Made by a program: the position numbers and the translations under genes. From an uncultured Pseudomonadota bacterium (lineage in GTDB: Bacteria > Bdellovibrionota_B > Oligoflexia > Oligoflexales > CAIMVM01): DNA of 64,000 nt. This document shows positions 50,623 through 59,481 of the stretch, piece by piece. The stretch lies in NCBI GenBank assembly GCA_903844895.1, contig CAIMVM010000247.1:32-64031 (forward strand). Reading direction: 5' to 3'. The notes under the pieces were generated by a model, which saw only the letters and a program-made list of their open reading frames with translations, did no database searches and was not told the origin of the DNA. Position 1 is the first letter of the stretch. Every line of letters begins with the position of its first letter.

Positions 50623-53569
50623 GTTTTAACTCCTTTCTTGACTCTGACATAGAACTCACTTTACAAATTAACTCATCCACTTCTACTATGAGTTTTTCCG
50701 CATTTAACTTTTCGAGGTAACGCGTAAATCCAGCTGCGCGTCCGCATTCGAAATCAGATCCACTGAATCTTGTTGTAATAGCCACAAGCGGCAAATGGCT
50801 GTATTTTCGATCATCTGAGATCTTACGAGCCAACTCCAATCCTGTCATTCCAGGCATCTCAATGTCAGACAACACCAGGCTAAAATGTTTGGGATCTGCG
50901 TTTTCAAGAGCGCTCCAACCCTCAAGACCATCGCATGCGGTTTCCGTAAGGTATCCCGCCTCTTCCAGAATTTGGCGCATGTAATTTCTAAAAAAAGAAC
51001 TATCTTCAACAATAAGGATCCGCGATTTTCGGCGCTTGTTGGGAATGTCTTTTTTAGAAACTCCAGTTCCTAGATCTCCCTCCCCCGCACCTACGCCTGC
51101 TTCTACTGCGAGTTTTACTTTGACTGCATCTATCATGCCAAAAATATCAACGACAACCAAGACGTGATCATCCGCCACCATAGTACCTAATATTCCAGGA
51201 CGATCTCGTACAGTTTGATCGATGTTAGAGGGAAAAGCAGCGACATCTTGTATCTGAATTACTTCTACTCCAAAAAGACTGTCGCCCCTTCGGATAACAA
51301 CCACAGGTGTCTTTTCCTTTCTTGTCCGTTCGGAAGAGAAAGGAAGATGTAAAAACTCAGGAAGTGAAAAAACCGGAAGTAGCGAATTTCGATATCTGAC
51401 GACTTTCTGTTCCCCTGACAATTCAAAGTCTTCCTCTTCGAACTCCTCTAAGCGACTCACCACTGTTAAGGGAATGACATAACTACCAGGCGCACCTACA
51501 TCTATCATTAGAAACTCAGAAGAATCCATTTGGTGCCGTCCACGGTATTCATGAAATCCATCTAGGGCTCCAATTCCTGGCGCTTCCGACTCGGCGGTCA
51601 TGCGAACAGAGGTAGAAATGCCCATAACGTCGAGTGTGAGAGCTACAGAACCGTCGCCCATAATCGTGGCACCAGAGAAATGAGTGATTTCTTTAAGAAA
51701 TGAAGACAGAGATTTTACTACAATATCAGCAGTGTCTTCTACGGCATCGACAACCAGACCAAATTGAAATGAATCAGCATTTAAAATCACAATATTTACG
51801 GAACCTACATCGAAGGCATGAATTTTCAAACTATTTTGGCTTTGGTCTCTGTGAGTCAGTACTTCTGAAAGGTTAATAAGGGGAAGAATTTTTCCTCGAA
51901 GCCTCAAAACCGGGCTCCCTTGTAATACTTCAATTTTCTCACTTTTAGAATCAGATCTATCTATTCGCACAAGTTCTACTAGTTTGCTTTGCGGAATAGC
52001 AAAACGTTGATTCAAGGCTTTTACAATCAGAGCAGGGACAATAGCTAAGGTAAGTGGAATCTTTAATTTGACCGTTGTCCCGGTACCAGGCTTGCTCGCT
52101 AAATCAACCATACCGCCTATACGTTCGACGTTGGTCTTTACGACATCCATGCCAACGCCGCGGCCTGAAAGACTTGATACGGCTGCTGCGGTGGAAAAGC
52201 CAGGTGCAAATATTAGAAACTGAATTTCGCGTTCAGTCATCTTTGCTAGCGCATCTGAGGTGATTAGTCCCTTACTGACTGCACTTGAGCCAATTGCTTT
52301 GGGATCTAGGCCTCTGCCATCATCGGTCATCTCAATGATAACTTGACCACTTTCGTGATGCGCTTTTATATTTAGTCGTCCCGTATCCTGCTTTCCTAAC
52401 GCTTTCCTGTCCGCCGGCAACTCAATTCCATGGTCTACTGCATTTCTGATAATATGCGTCAGAGGATCTTTTACAGCCTCGATAATGGTTTTGTCTAATT
52501 CTGTTTCAGATCCATAAATATTAAGCTCTATCTTCTTTCCAAGCTCCCGCCCCATTTCCCGAACCACGCGCGTAAATTTGTTCAGAACATTTCCAACCGG
52601 TTGCATTCTGGTTTTCATAACTTCATTTTGAAGCTCAGCAGTAAGTACATTAAGTCGTTGACTCATCTTCCCAAATTCAGAATCACTGTCATTTATTTTG
52701 GCGTGCTGAAGCAACTGATTTCTTATTAGCACAAGCTCGCCAACCAGATTCATGAGGTTATCTAATAACGCCACCTGAACTCGAATAGTTTCTGATTGAA
52801 CTTCATCTCCGATTGATTTGACGGTCTGATCCCCAGATTTGGAAGATAGGTCGATATTTAGCAATACCGCCTCCTCATTTTTAGCACTGCTCACTGCTTC
52901 TTGGGGGTCAGTTGAAACAACTGTGGGTGCTACGGGTAACTTTAGATGATCAGGAAGATTGTCAAATAGGACAAATCCCTCGATTTCTTCCAAATCCTTC
53001 TCTTTAGATATTTCAGGTATAGGTGACGTCTGACCACCAACCTCACCATTACGTGTCGTATCCTTGCCATTGTCTTTAAAGTCTGGACTAGTATGTACTT
53101 TGGCTGCTGAAACATCAGACTTTTCGCTTGTGATCTCTGAGGGCCTCACCTCTGGCGCGAAGTTAGCTGACAAATCGACAAGCCTTGGAACTATGTCACT
53201 AACCATTTTGTGGAGGTCTGGCTCTTTGTGGTTGCTCCGGATCCCAGCTAAAAGAGTCGAAATCACATCCGCACCTTGATAGAGCCCGTCCACTAAAGCC
53301 TGTGTTATAGGCGCAGTTCCTTTACGAACTGGATCTAGGCTGCTTTCCATTGCATGAGCCAGAACACCTACTTGGGAAAACCCGAAAAACTGCGAGTTTC
53401 CTTTTATGGTATGCATCTCCCTATAGATGCTAGCAAGCATCTCTGGGCTAACTTTTCCGGACTCCATGAGCGAAAGATTTTTCGAAAAACGCTCGAGCAT
53501 TTCGGTGCACTCATCTAAATACTCAACAAGAGCGGCTTCTTCCTTCGAATTTTTATTCATGTTCGCCAT
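50606..53569 (-). CDS. cheA: hybrid CheA histidine kinase (HPt-dimerisation-HATPase-CheW-CheW-REC)
   Basis: HPt 'EMHTIKGNS'. N box 'HIIRNAVDHGIE', 'DDGRGLD', 'GRGVGMDVV'. Two CheW-like segments. C-terminal REC 'ILIVEDSSFFRN...LVLSDIEMPGMTG'. Confidence 0.9.
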   Translation of the reverse strand: MANMNKNSKEEAALVEYLDECTEMLERFSKNLSLMESGKVSPEMLASIYREMHTIKGNSQFFGFSQVGVLAHAMESSLDPVRKGTAPITQALVDGLYQGADVISTLLAGIRSNHKEPDLHKMVSDIVPRLVDLSANFAPEVRPSEITSEKSDVSAAKVHTSPDFKDNGKDTTRNGEVGGQTSPIPEISKEKDLEEIEGFVLFDNLPDHLKLPVAPTVVSTDPQEAVSSAKNEEAVLLNIDLSSKSGDQTVKSIGDEVQSETIRVQVALLDNLMNLVGELVLIRNQLLQHAKINDSDSEFGKMSQRLNVLTAELQNEVMKTRMQPVGNVLNKFTRVVREMGRELGKKIELNIYGSETELDKTIIEAVKDPLTHIIRNAVDHGIELPADRKALGKQDTGRLNIKAHHESGQVIIEMTDDGRGLDPKAIGSSAVSKGLITSDALAKMTEREIQFLIFAPGFSTAAAVSSLSGRGVGMDVVKTNVERIGGMVDLASKPGTGTTVKLKIPLTLAIVPALIVKALNQRFAIPQSKLVELVRIDRSDSKSEKIEVLQGSPVLRLRGKILPLINLSEVLTHRDQSQNSLKIHAFDVGSVNIVILNADSFQFGLVVDAVEDTADIVVKSLSSFLKEITHFSGATIMGDGSVALTLDVMGISTSVRMTAESEAPGIGALDGFHEYRGRHQMDSSEFLMIDVGAPGSYVIPLTVVSRLEEFEEEDFELSGEQKVVRYRNSLLPVFSLPEFLHLPFSSERTRKEKTPVVVIRRGDSLFGVEVIQIQDVAAFPSNIDQTVRDRPGILGTMVADDHVLVVVDIFGMIDAVKVKLAVEAGVGAGEGDLGTGVSKKDIPNKRRKSRILIVEDSSFFRNYMRQILEEAGYLTETACDGLEGWSALENADPKHFSLVLSDIEMPGMTGLELARKISDDRKYSHLPLVAITTRFSGSDFECGRAAGFTRYLEKLNAEKLIVEVDELICKVSSMSESRKELKLASSN

Positions 53570-53612
53570 GGACTAGTACTTTCTATTAAAGATTACCGCT
53601 TCACTCAAGTAA

Positions 53613-56204
53613 CTAAGCACTTAATGGTAGACCTAAAACAACTGACAAATCTAGTATCGTAACGTTTTGCTCCCGAATATAAGCATTTCCTACAATTCCT
53701 TTTCGATCGCGGATAGAATCCGAAATTGCCTCATCAGAGCTCGCGATGTCAATTACCGTTTCAATTTGAAGACCAAAGTAGCCATCTCCAGATTTTGCGA
53801 CTATAGCGGAAATTTTTGTGTTTGCTGCTGGGGCAATTTCAGTTGGATTTTTAACTGACGAAGGGCGTAAATTTAGAATTTTTTCTATTGAATAGATCGG
53901 CATGACTCCATCTCTATAGACTATCACGCGCTCTCCCCCACTTCTCTGGATCCTTGAGGAGTCAAATTCTTCTAGTCTAAAGACTTGCTCTAGTGGCACA
54001 CCGAAAAGCGCCTTTGAAGCCAGCTTAAATAGCAGGAAGCTTCGAGTTGCTTCATCGGACGCAGCACCTGATGTTGTTAGTTTGTCACGCCTTGAAGAGT
54101 GCTCATGTTTTGCTTCTTCGCTCTTTATGCTACTTAAATCAGCAATTCCTTTTATGTTTAAAATCAATCCTACCGATCCGTCCCCCATAAAGGTTGCGCC
54201 AGCAAATGCAGCTTTCGGATTAAAGTATGTCTGAATTCTATTAACTACAATTTCCTCTGCATCGCCAATTTCATCTACTTGGAGTGCATATCTTAGATTG
54301 TCGGACCTGAGTACAAGCACGGAAATTGTATTGGGAGATCCTTTACTTGAACTCATCAAATCTACTTGAGGAATATTTAGAATTTCCGACAGGGATAAAA
54401 ACGGCAATACATCATCGCCGCAGCGAAGCGTCCTACCTAATGAAGCCATCTGAACTAAGGAAGAATAGTTTTCGCGCTCTATACGCATAACCCGTTCAAT
54501 GGCATCCTGGTGTACTGCAAAGGCATGACGACCAGCTTGTACTAAAAGAGCTGTTATAATTAGCACAGACTTCGGTATGGGAAGCTTGAGAAGAAAAGTC
54601 GATCCGTTTCCAGGCCGAGAATCAATGAGTATCTGTCCCCCCACAGCTTCTACAGAGGAGCGAACCATGTCCATGCCGACTCCCCGACCAGAGACATCAG
54701 TAACTTTGGCTGCGGTGCTAAAGCCAGAAGCAAATATGATACCAAGGGTTTGCTGCTCATTCATTTCACTAAGCTGCTGGGCGGTAAAGAGTCCCTTTTC
54801 CAAAGCTTTGCTGCGAATCATCTTTGGGTCGATGCCCTTGCCGTCATCCTTAATAGAAATTTGTACTTCGTCTCCGACTTCCTTGCATTGAATTTGAATA
54901 TAGCCTGATTCCGGCTTACCCAAATTCTTTCTCGTTGTTTTATCCTCTATCCCGTGATCAGCACTATTTCTTACTAGGTGAACTAAACTGTTGCTACAGA
55001 CTGTAGCAAGGGCATTGTCGACTCTTAATTTCTCACCCTCAATAGTTAAATCAATCGATTTACCTAAGTCTTTGGCGAGATCTCTTATTATCCTAGGAAT
55101 TGGTTTGAGTACACCTGAAAGAGGCACCTTCCGTAAGTCGGTTATATAGGTTTGGATGGTGCCATTAATTTTGTGCATCTCTTCTAGAAGTTCGCCCAAA
55201 TTTTGAATGTCTCTATTGCCAATATATTGGTGTTCCAAGCCCTTAACGAGTTTATTGACCATGTTTCTAATGACCGTAATCTCTCCAGAGCATCCAGAAA
55301 GCTGCTCTAGCATATTGATTGGGACAGAAATGGTATCTTTTGCTTTTTGCAACGACGGCGCGGCAGGCGCTTGCTGAGACTTTACCTCGGCTTTTTTCGC
55401 ATCGACTTCAGACGCTTTCGGCTTGGAGGTAAGCTCAAGCTCTGGTAATAGTGCCTCTAATTGAAACTCACTCAATTTTTTATTAGAGGCAGCACCTATA
55501 AGTTCCTTAATGCGATCGTAACCTTTTAAAAGAATTTCATAGACATGATCCGTGAATTCCAACTGTCCTTTTTTAATGCCAGAAATTATATCTTCATATT
55601 TGTGAACATAGCGGGTCACTACGTCACTTGGAAGAACGCCGCTAGATCCTTTTATGGTATGCGCAGCCCTAAAGATAAGGTTGAGTTTTTCTTGGCTCGT
55701 TCGATCATGATCCAACGCTAGCAGGACAGAATCCATCTCATCTATAATATTAGACGCTTCTTCAAGAAAGACCGCCTCTAAAGCTTGACTTTCTCTGATC
55801 GATTCAAGTCGCTGTTTAGTGCACTTCTCAATGAGACTAACTAGATCGCCTTCAGTTGTCGGTTTGTCTAGAAATGATTCTATTTTTAGACTTAATGCCG
55901 TTAGAGCCATTTCTTTAGTGACGTATGACGAAACTATTACGAAAGGTAGAGAAAGGCCTTGATCGAGAAGTGATTTTCTGAATTCAAATCCAGTCATTTG
56001 AGGCATGTGAAAGTCACTTATAACTAGAAGGATTTCTGCCTGTTCTTTTTTGCATAAATGCAGAGCTTCTGTTGGGTCAGCGCATAGAAGGGCTGAAAAT
56101 CCAGCTTCTTTGATCGCACTTTCGTACAGTTCTAATATGAACGGCTCATCATCAACGCATAGAATTTTTAAATCGAAGTTTGCCAAGGCGGTACTTTCTT
56201 TCAT
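53613..56204 (-). CDS. cheA: hybrid CheA histidine kinase (REC-HPt-dimerisation-HATPase-CheW-CheW)
   Basis: N-terminal REC 'KILCVDDEPFIL...LVISDFHMPQMTG'. HPt 'AAHTIKGSS'. 'HLVRNSADHGIE', 'DDGKGID', 'GRGVGMDMV'. Two CheW-like segments. Confidence 0.9.
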   Translation of the reverse strand: MKESTALANFDLKILCVDDEPFILELYESAIKEAGFSALLCADPTEALHLCKKEQAEILLVISDFHMPQMTGFEFRKSLLDQGLSLPFVIVSSYVTKEMALTALSLKIESFLDKPTTEGDLVSLIEKCTKQRLESIRESQALEAVFLEEASNIIDEMDSVLLALDHDRTSQEKLNLIFRAAHTIKGSSGVLPSDVVTRYVHKYEDIISGIKKGQLEFTDHVYEILLKGYDRIKELIGAASNKKLSEFQLEALLPELELTSKPKASEVDAKKAEVKSQQAPAAPSLQKAKDTISVPINMLEQLSGCSGEITVIRNMVNKLVKGLEHQYIGNRDIQNLGELLEEMHKINGTIQTYITDLRKVPLSGVLKPIPRIIRDLAKDLGKSIDLTIEGEKLRVDNALATVCSNSLVHLVRNSADHGIEDKTTRKNLGKPESGYIQIQCKEVGDEVQISIKDDGKGIDPKMIRSKALEKGLFTAQQLSEMNEQQTLGIIFASGFSTAAKVTDVSGRGVGMDMVRSSVEAVGGQILIDSRPGNGSTFLLKLPIPKSVLIITALLVQAGRHAFAVHQDAIERVMRIERENYSSLVQMASLGRTLRCGDDVLPFLSLSEILNIPQVDLMSSSKGSPNTISVLVLRSDNLRYALQVDEIGDAEEIVVNRIQTYFNPKAAFAGATFMGDGSVGLILNIKGIADLSSIKSEEAKHEHSSRRDKLTTSGAASDEATRSFLLFKLASKALFGVPLEQVFRLEEFDSSRIQRSGGERVIVYRDGVMPIYSIEKILNLRPSSVKNPTEIAPAANTKISAIVAKSGDGYFGLQIETVIDIASSDEAISDSIRDRKGIVGNAYIREQNVTILDLSVVLGLPLSA

Positions 56205-56290
56205 GGAGTAAATTCTATTCTGAATGTCTATAGTTTGAATTTTACTATAGTTCCTTAAAATCGCTTATAGGGCAAAACCCCCTTGCCGCT

Positions 56291-56302
56291 GGGGGGGGGG
56301 GG
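56291..56302. repeat. homopolymeric G12 (C12 on the coding strand of the che operon)
   Basis: Read directly. The tract lies 87-98 nt upstream of the REC-CheA start codon, in a 298-bp intergenic region. Confidence 0.95.
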
Positions 56303-56502
56303 TAGAAATCACAATTATTTAGGAGGCTTGCCGACACTGGGAGATTGTTATCATTTGGTAATAGTCGAAGACGGGTAGTCAAAAAATTAGAATTCTAATT
56401 CTTTAATCAACCACAAAAGCGGATGTTTTATAATAATTTTGGGAGCTTGAACGATACCTTATCATCTGTTTGCCGCAGAACTCGAGAACTCTAGCGATTC
56501 TT

Positions 56503-57168
56503 TTACATCGCTTTTTTTATTATATCCGCTAAGGTCATTTTTTCAAGGTTTTGCATATAATTGTCAACGCAAATGCTGATTTCTTTTTTTACGAGGCCAT
56601 CAAAGACCTCCTCAACAAGACTTCGAATATGCAGTTTTGCAGAATCAGTTAGAGCCCACTCAGACTCTAAGGGAGCATCTCTATGTTTTTCATTTTTTGC
56701 TTCTAGTCGATTTGGGGCACCCGAAGAAGGCTCTCGATGAATGGAACGAACGTTCGATTTTGATCGCTTTGCTCCAGCCTTCATCGCTTCAGCCATAATG
56801 GCATAGACCTCAGCCCATTGATATTCCACATCTTGAGTCCACGCCTCCAAGAGACTTTGCTTTAATGATTTCATTAAGGAAAGACCTACCCAATTGTAGT
56901 GATGGTCTTCAACTCCATAGTGGCCGTGACTCTCACCCAAGTTCAATAGGAAGCGAGTGAGTTGATCTGGGTTGTCTAAGTTGTCGATAGCAGTTACCAA
57001 CGCGGCTATTAAGGCGCTTTTTTGCTTGGGCATATCTATCTTAGCGAAAAATGCCTTAGATTCTGGATAGTCTTGAAAGAGAATCTCATAGAACCGATCA
57101 ACCACAATTGAAGCTATCGGTTTTACAAGGTCAAACGAAGACCGTATGACTTTGATATTAATCCCCAT
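56503..57168 (-). CDS. single-domain bacterial globin with a C-terminal extension of about 80 aa
   Basis: Recalled comparison with Vitreoscilla-type Hb shows B10 Tyr 'DRFYEILF', E7 Gln 'PKQKSALIAAL' and proximal His 'LGESHGHYGV'. I chose the start at 'MGINIKVI' (GGGGGAGGGG RBS). Confidence 0.8.
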   Translation of the reverse strand: MGINIKVIRSSFDLVKPIASIVVDRFYEILFQDYPESKAFFAKIDMPKQKSALIAALVTAIDNLDNPDQLTRFLLNLGESHGHYGVEDHHYNWVGLSLMKSLKQSLLEAWTQDVEYQWAEVYAIMAEAMKAGAKRSKSNVRSIHREPSSGAPNRLEAKNEKHRDAPLESEWALTDSAKLHIRSLVEEVFDGLVKKEISICVDNYMQNLEKMTLADIIKKAM

Positions 57169-57428
57169 GTATTTCCCCTCCCCCTTCAATCCATTTCCCA
57201 ATGGAAACGCTATTTTTTTTCGTCAGATTACACGCAGGGATTAGATGCTATTTGTGCCGAGTCATATGAGATTTTGTAAAATTTGCATACTTTTACATTT
57301 TAATTAAGGTGGGTTGCGCCATATTTATCTATCTATTTTCCCCTTTTAAAGGTTTTCCCGGAAACACCGAACCATCTAGCTGTTGCGGGAATCCATGGCC
57401 CTACTATAAATCTTTGAGGGTGTCTTCT

Positions 57429-58037
57429 ATGTATAAAGTCCTGATTCTTGACAGTAGTAAATTAGCTTTCGAAGCCTTAGAAAGTCACCTGGATTCTGAG
57501 CTGTTTTTGTTGCAAAGAGCAGACTCACCTGCGGATCTGCTTGAGTTTGTAAAAGTGTCTGTTCCAGATTGCATAATCCTTAACGTTCTTTCCTCTAGCT
57601 ATGATCCGTTTCTTATTTGCGGTACCTTAAAGGGAGAAAGGCTGACTCAGCATATTCCCATTTTATATTTAACATCTGAACCTGATCCTAGCCTTGCAAG
57701 CAAACTGCTATCTTCTGGTGCCTATGATTGCTTGCCCTATGATTCTAGTTTAGATTTTTTAACTGCGAAGATTCTGTCGATGATTGCGCTTAAGAAGGAT
57801 TATGAGGAACTGCAACAACTGCGGCGTTACCAAGGCTTAGGCGAGAGCCTTGCCATTTTCAGTCATGACCTTAACAATCCGCTTTCAATTGCCTTGGGCA
57901 ATATACACTGGCTTAGCAGACATGTTACCGATCAAGGTCAGTCTCTTCGGCTAGGAAGAATTTCCGAAGCCCTAGATAGAATCGCAAAATTGATCATTAA
58001 AACGCGCAGTCTTAGAGAAAACATAGAGAAAGCTTAG
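57429..58037 (+). CDS. pseudo-receiver plus HisKA (DHp)-only protein, lacking a catalytic ATPase domain
   Basis: I chose the start at 'MYKVLILDSS'. The REC-like fold has Asn at the phospho-acceptor position ('DCIILNVL'). H-box 'FSHDLNNPLSIALGNI'. The ORF ends about 45 aa after the H-box. Confidence 0.6.
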   Translation: MYKVLILDSSKLAFEALESHLDSELFLLQRADSPADLLEFVKVSVPDCIILNVLSSSYDPFLICGTLKGERLTQHIPILYLTSEPDPSLASKLLSSGAYDCLPYDSSLDFLTAKILSMIALKKDYEELQQLRRYQGLGESLAIFSHDLNNPLSIALGNIHWLSRHVTDQGQSLRLGRISEALDRIAKLIIKTRSLRENIEKA

Positions 58038-58472
58038 TCGCAGCTGTAGAAGCCCGCCAAAAAAATGAAACCTAAAAAAACTTCAATCTCCTGCTACTTG
58101 ATCCTATCGAGGCTGATAGCTCCTAACTAGAAGTTAGAGAAAGAACCTAAAAAACATGTCTTTTTACACTCTAGTGCCTCCAAGACACTTGCGTAGCGGG
58201 CATTGGCTCCAAAATTGGGCGATATGGCCCCGTCCCCGCATGGGTTTGTGGTTGTTAGCCATATTTAATCTTTCAGGCGAAGCGTTCCGAACGATCTAGG
58301 ACTCATAGATGGCGTCTAATTGGTTTAGTAATGACATTTTCACAGATAGAGAGAATATCTTTATATATTTAAACGAACACCGCAAAAGCGGCTTGCTTGC
58401 TAATTTTTGCCTGTAAACGTTTACAGGTGCAACGCAAGTCTACTACAGGCAATTGCTTTGCAGTAGATTCAC

Positions 58473-58501
58473 AAAAAAAAGAGTAGAAATTCTACTCTTT
58501 T
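58473..58501. terminator. bidirectional rho-independent terminator (terminates rplI on the minus strand)
   Basis: A8, GAGTAG, loop AAATT, CTACTC, T4. On the minus strand the hairpin is followed by T8. Confidence 0.65.
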
Positions 58502-58530
58502 GAAACACATTGAATTATTCCAACATCAAT

Positions 58531-58974
58531 CTACTGTTGCGCTACAACCCAAACTTTTACCTTCGCAGTAACTGAGTGATGAAGATTGATATGGGCCTCG
58601 TAGACACCTACTTTTTTGATGTCTTCAAGTTTGATGTCTTTTCTAGAAACTTTATGTCCCGCTTTGTCTAAGGCCTCTTCGATTTCTGCCGTAGTAACGG
58701 TTCCGAAAATTCTCTCGTCTTCACCCACTTGCTTAGCAATGGTTAGAGACGCTTTTTCAAGAAGTGAAGCAAGCTTTTTCATTTCTACAAGTATCTTAGC
58801 TTTTTTTGCTTCTAATACTTTCTTTCTGTGATCAAATTCTGCTTTGTTGCTTTCATTGGCAACTACAGCTAATGACCTTGGAATTAAAAAATTTCTAGCA
58901 TAACCATCTTTAACATTGAGGACGTCGCCGATGGCGCCTAGCTGTTTTACGTCGGAAGTAAGAATTACACGCAT
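58531..58974 (-). CDS. rplI: 50S ribosomal protein L9
   Basis: 'MRVILTSDVKQLGAIGDVLNVKDGYARNFLIPRSLAV' is the canonical L9 N-terminus. Confidence 0.9.
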   Translation of the reverse strand: MRVILTSDVKQLGAIGDVLNVKDGYARNFLIPRSLAVVANESNKAEFDHRKKVLEAKKAKILVEMKKLASLLEKASLTIAKQVGEDERIFGTVTTAEIEEALDKAGHKVSRKDIKLEDIKKVGVYEAHINLHHSVTAKVKVWVVAQQ

Positions 58975-58997
58975 GTGTCTACCTTCTAGAATTCGAT

Positions 58998-59378
58998 TTA
59001 GTTATTGTTTGCTGCCGCTTGCGCAATTCGTTTTGCTGCTTCTGCTTCAAGAACAATGAGTTCTTCTTTACGTGCAGCAACATCAACTTCTTTGTCCAAA
59101 AGTACAGAAAGATATCGGAGAATGTTATCATCAATTCTCATAAGTCTCTCTGCTTCTTTCATGTGCTCTGGCTTTGCTACAAGGTCATAGCTTACATAGA
59201 ACCCACGGAATTGGCTCTTAATAGGGAAAGCCAACTTTTTTGAACCCCAAACATTCTTACGAAGCACTTCTCCACCTTCTGAAAGCATGATGGCTTCATA
59301 CTTTTCAATTAGGGTCGCTACTTCTGCTTCTGGAAGTTGTGCATTTGCAATCACAGTAAATTCATATTCTCTAACCAA
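58998..59378 (-). CDS. rpsF: 30S ribosomal protein S6
   Basis: 'REYEFTVIANAQLPEAEV...NVWGSKKLAFPIKSQFRGFYV' is an S6 fold signature. Confidence 0.9.
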   Translation of the reverse strand: MVREYEFTVIANAQLPEAEVATLIEKYEAIMLSEGGEVLRKNVWGSKKLAFPIKSQFRGFYVSYDLVAKPEHMKEAERLMRIDDNILRYLSVLLDKEVDVAARKEELIVLEAEAAKRIAQAAANNN

Positions 59379-59481
59379 TTTATTCTCCTTCGTGGTTTGA
59401 GAGCTCCATTATTGGAGCAAAGGAGGCTTAAGGCTGTCGTCTCAAAAAAAATGAGATCTCAGTGACTTGAAGCTTCTAATT

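Noticed and set aside
58186-58198. 13-mer CACTTGCGTAGCG, repeated at 61647-61659 next to the tRNA
   Set aside because: By rough estimate, tens of exact 13-mer coincidences are expected by chance in 64 kb when both strands are considered. No extended similarity surrounds the two copies.
58156-58299. 47-aa ORF (MSFYTLVPPRHLRSGHWLQNW...) in the non-coding interval downstream of the DHp-only gene
   Set aside because: It has no convincing RBS, its Trp/Arg-rich sequence is unlike known small proteins, and it falls below any threshold I can support from sequence alone.
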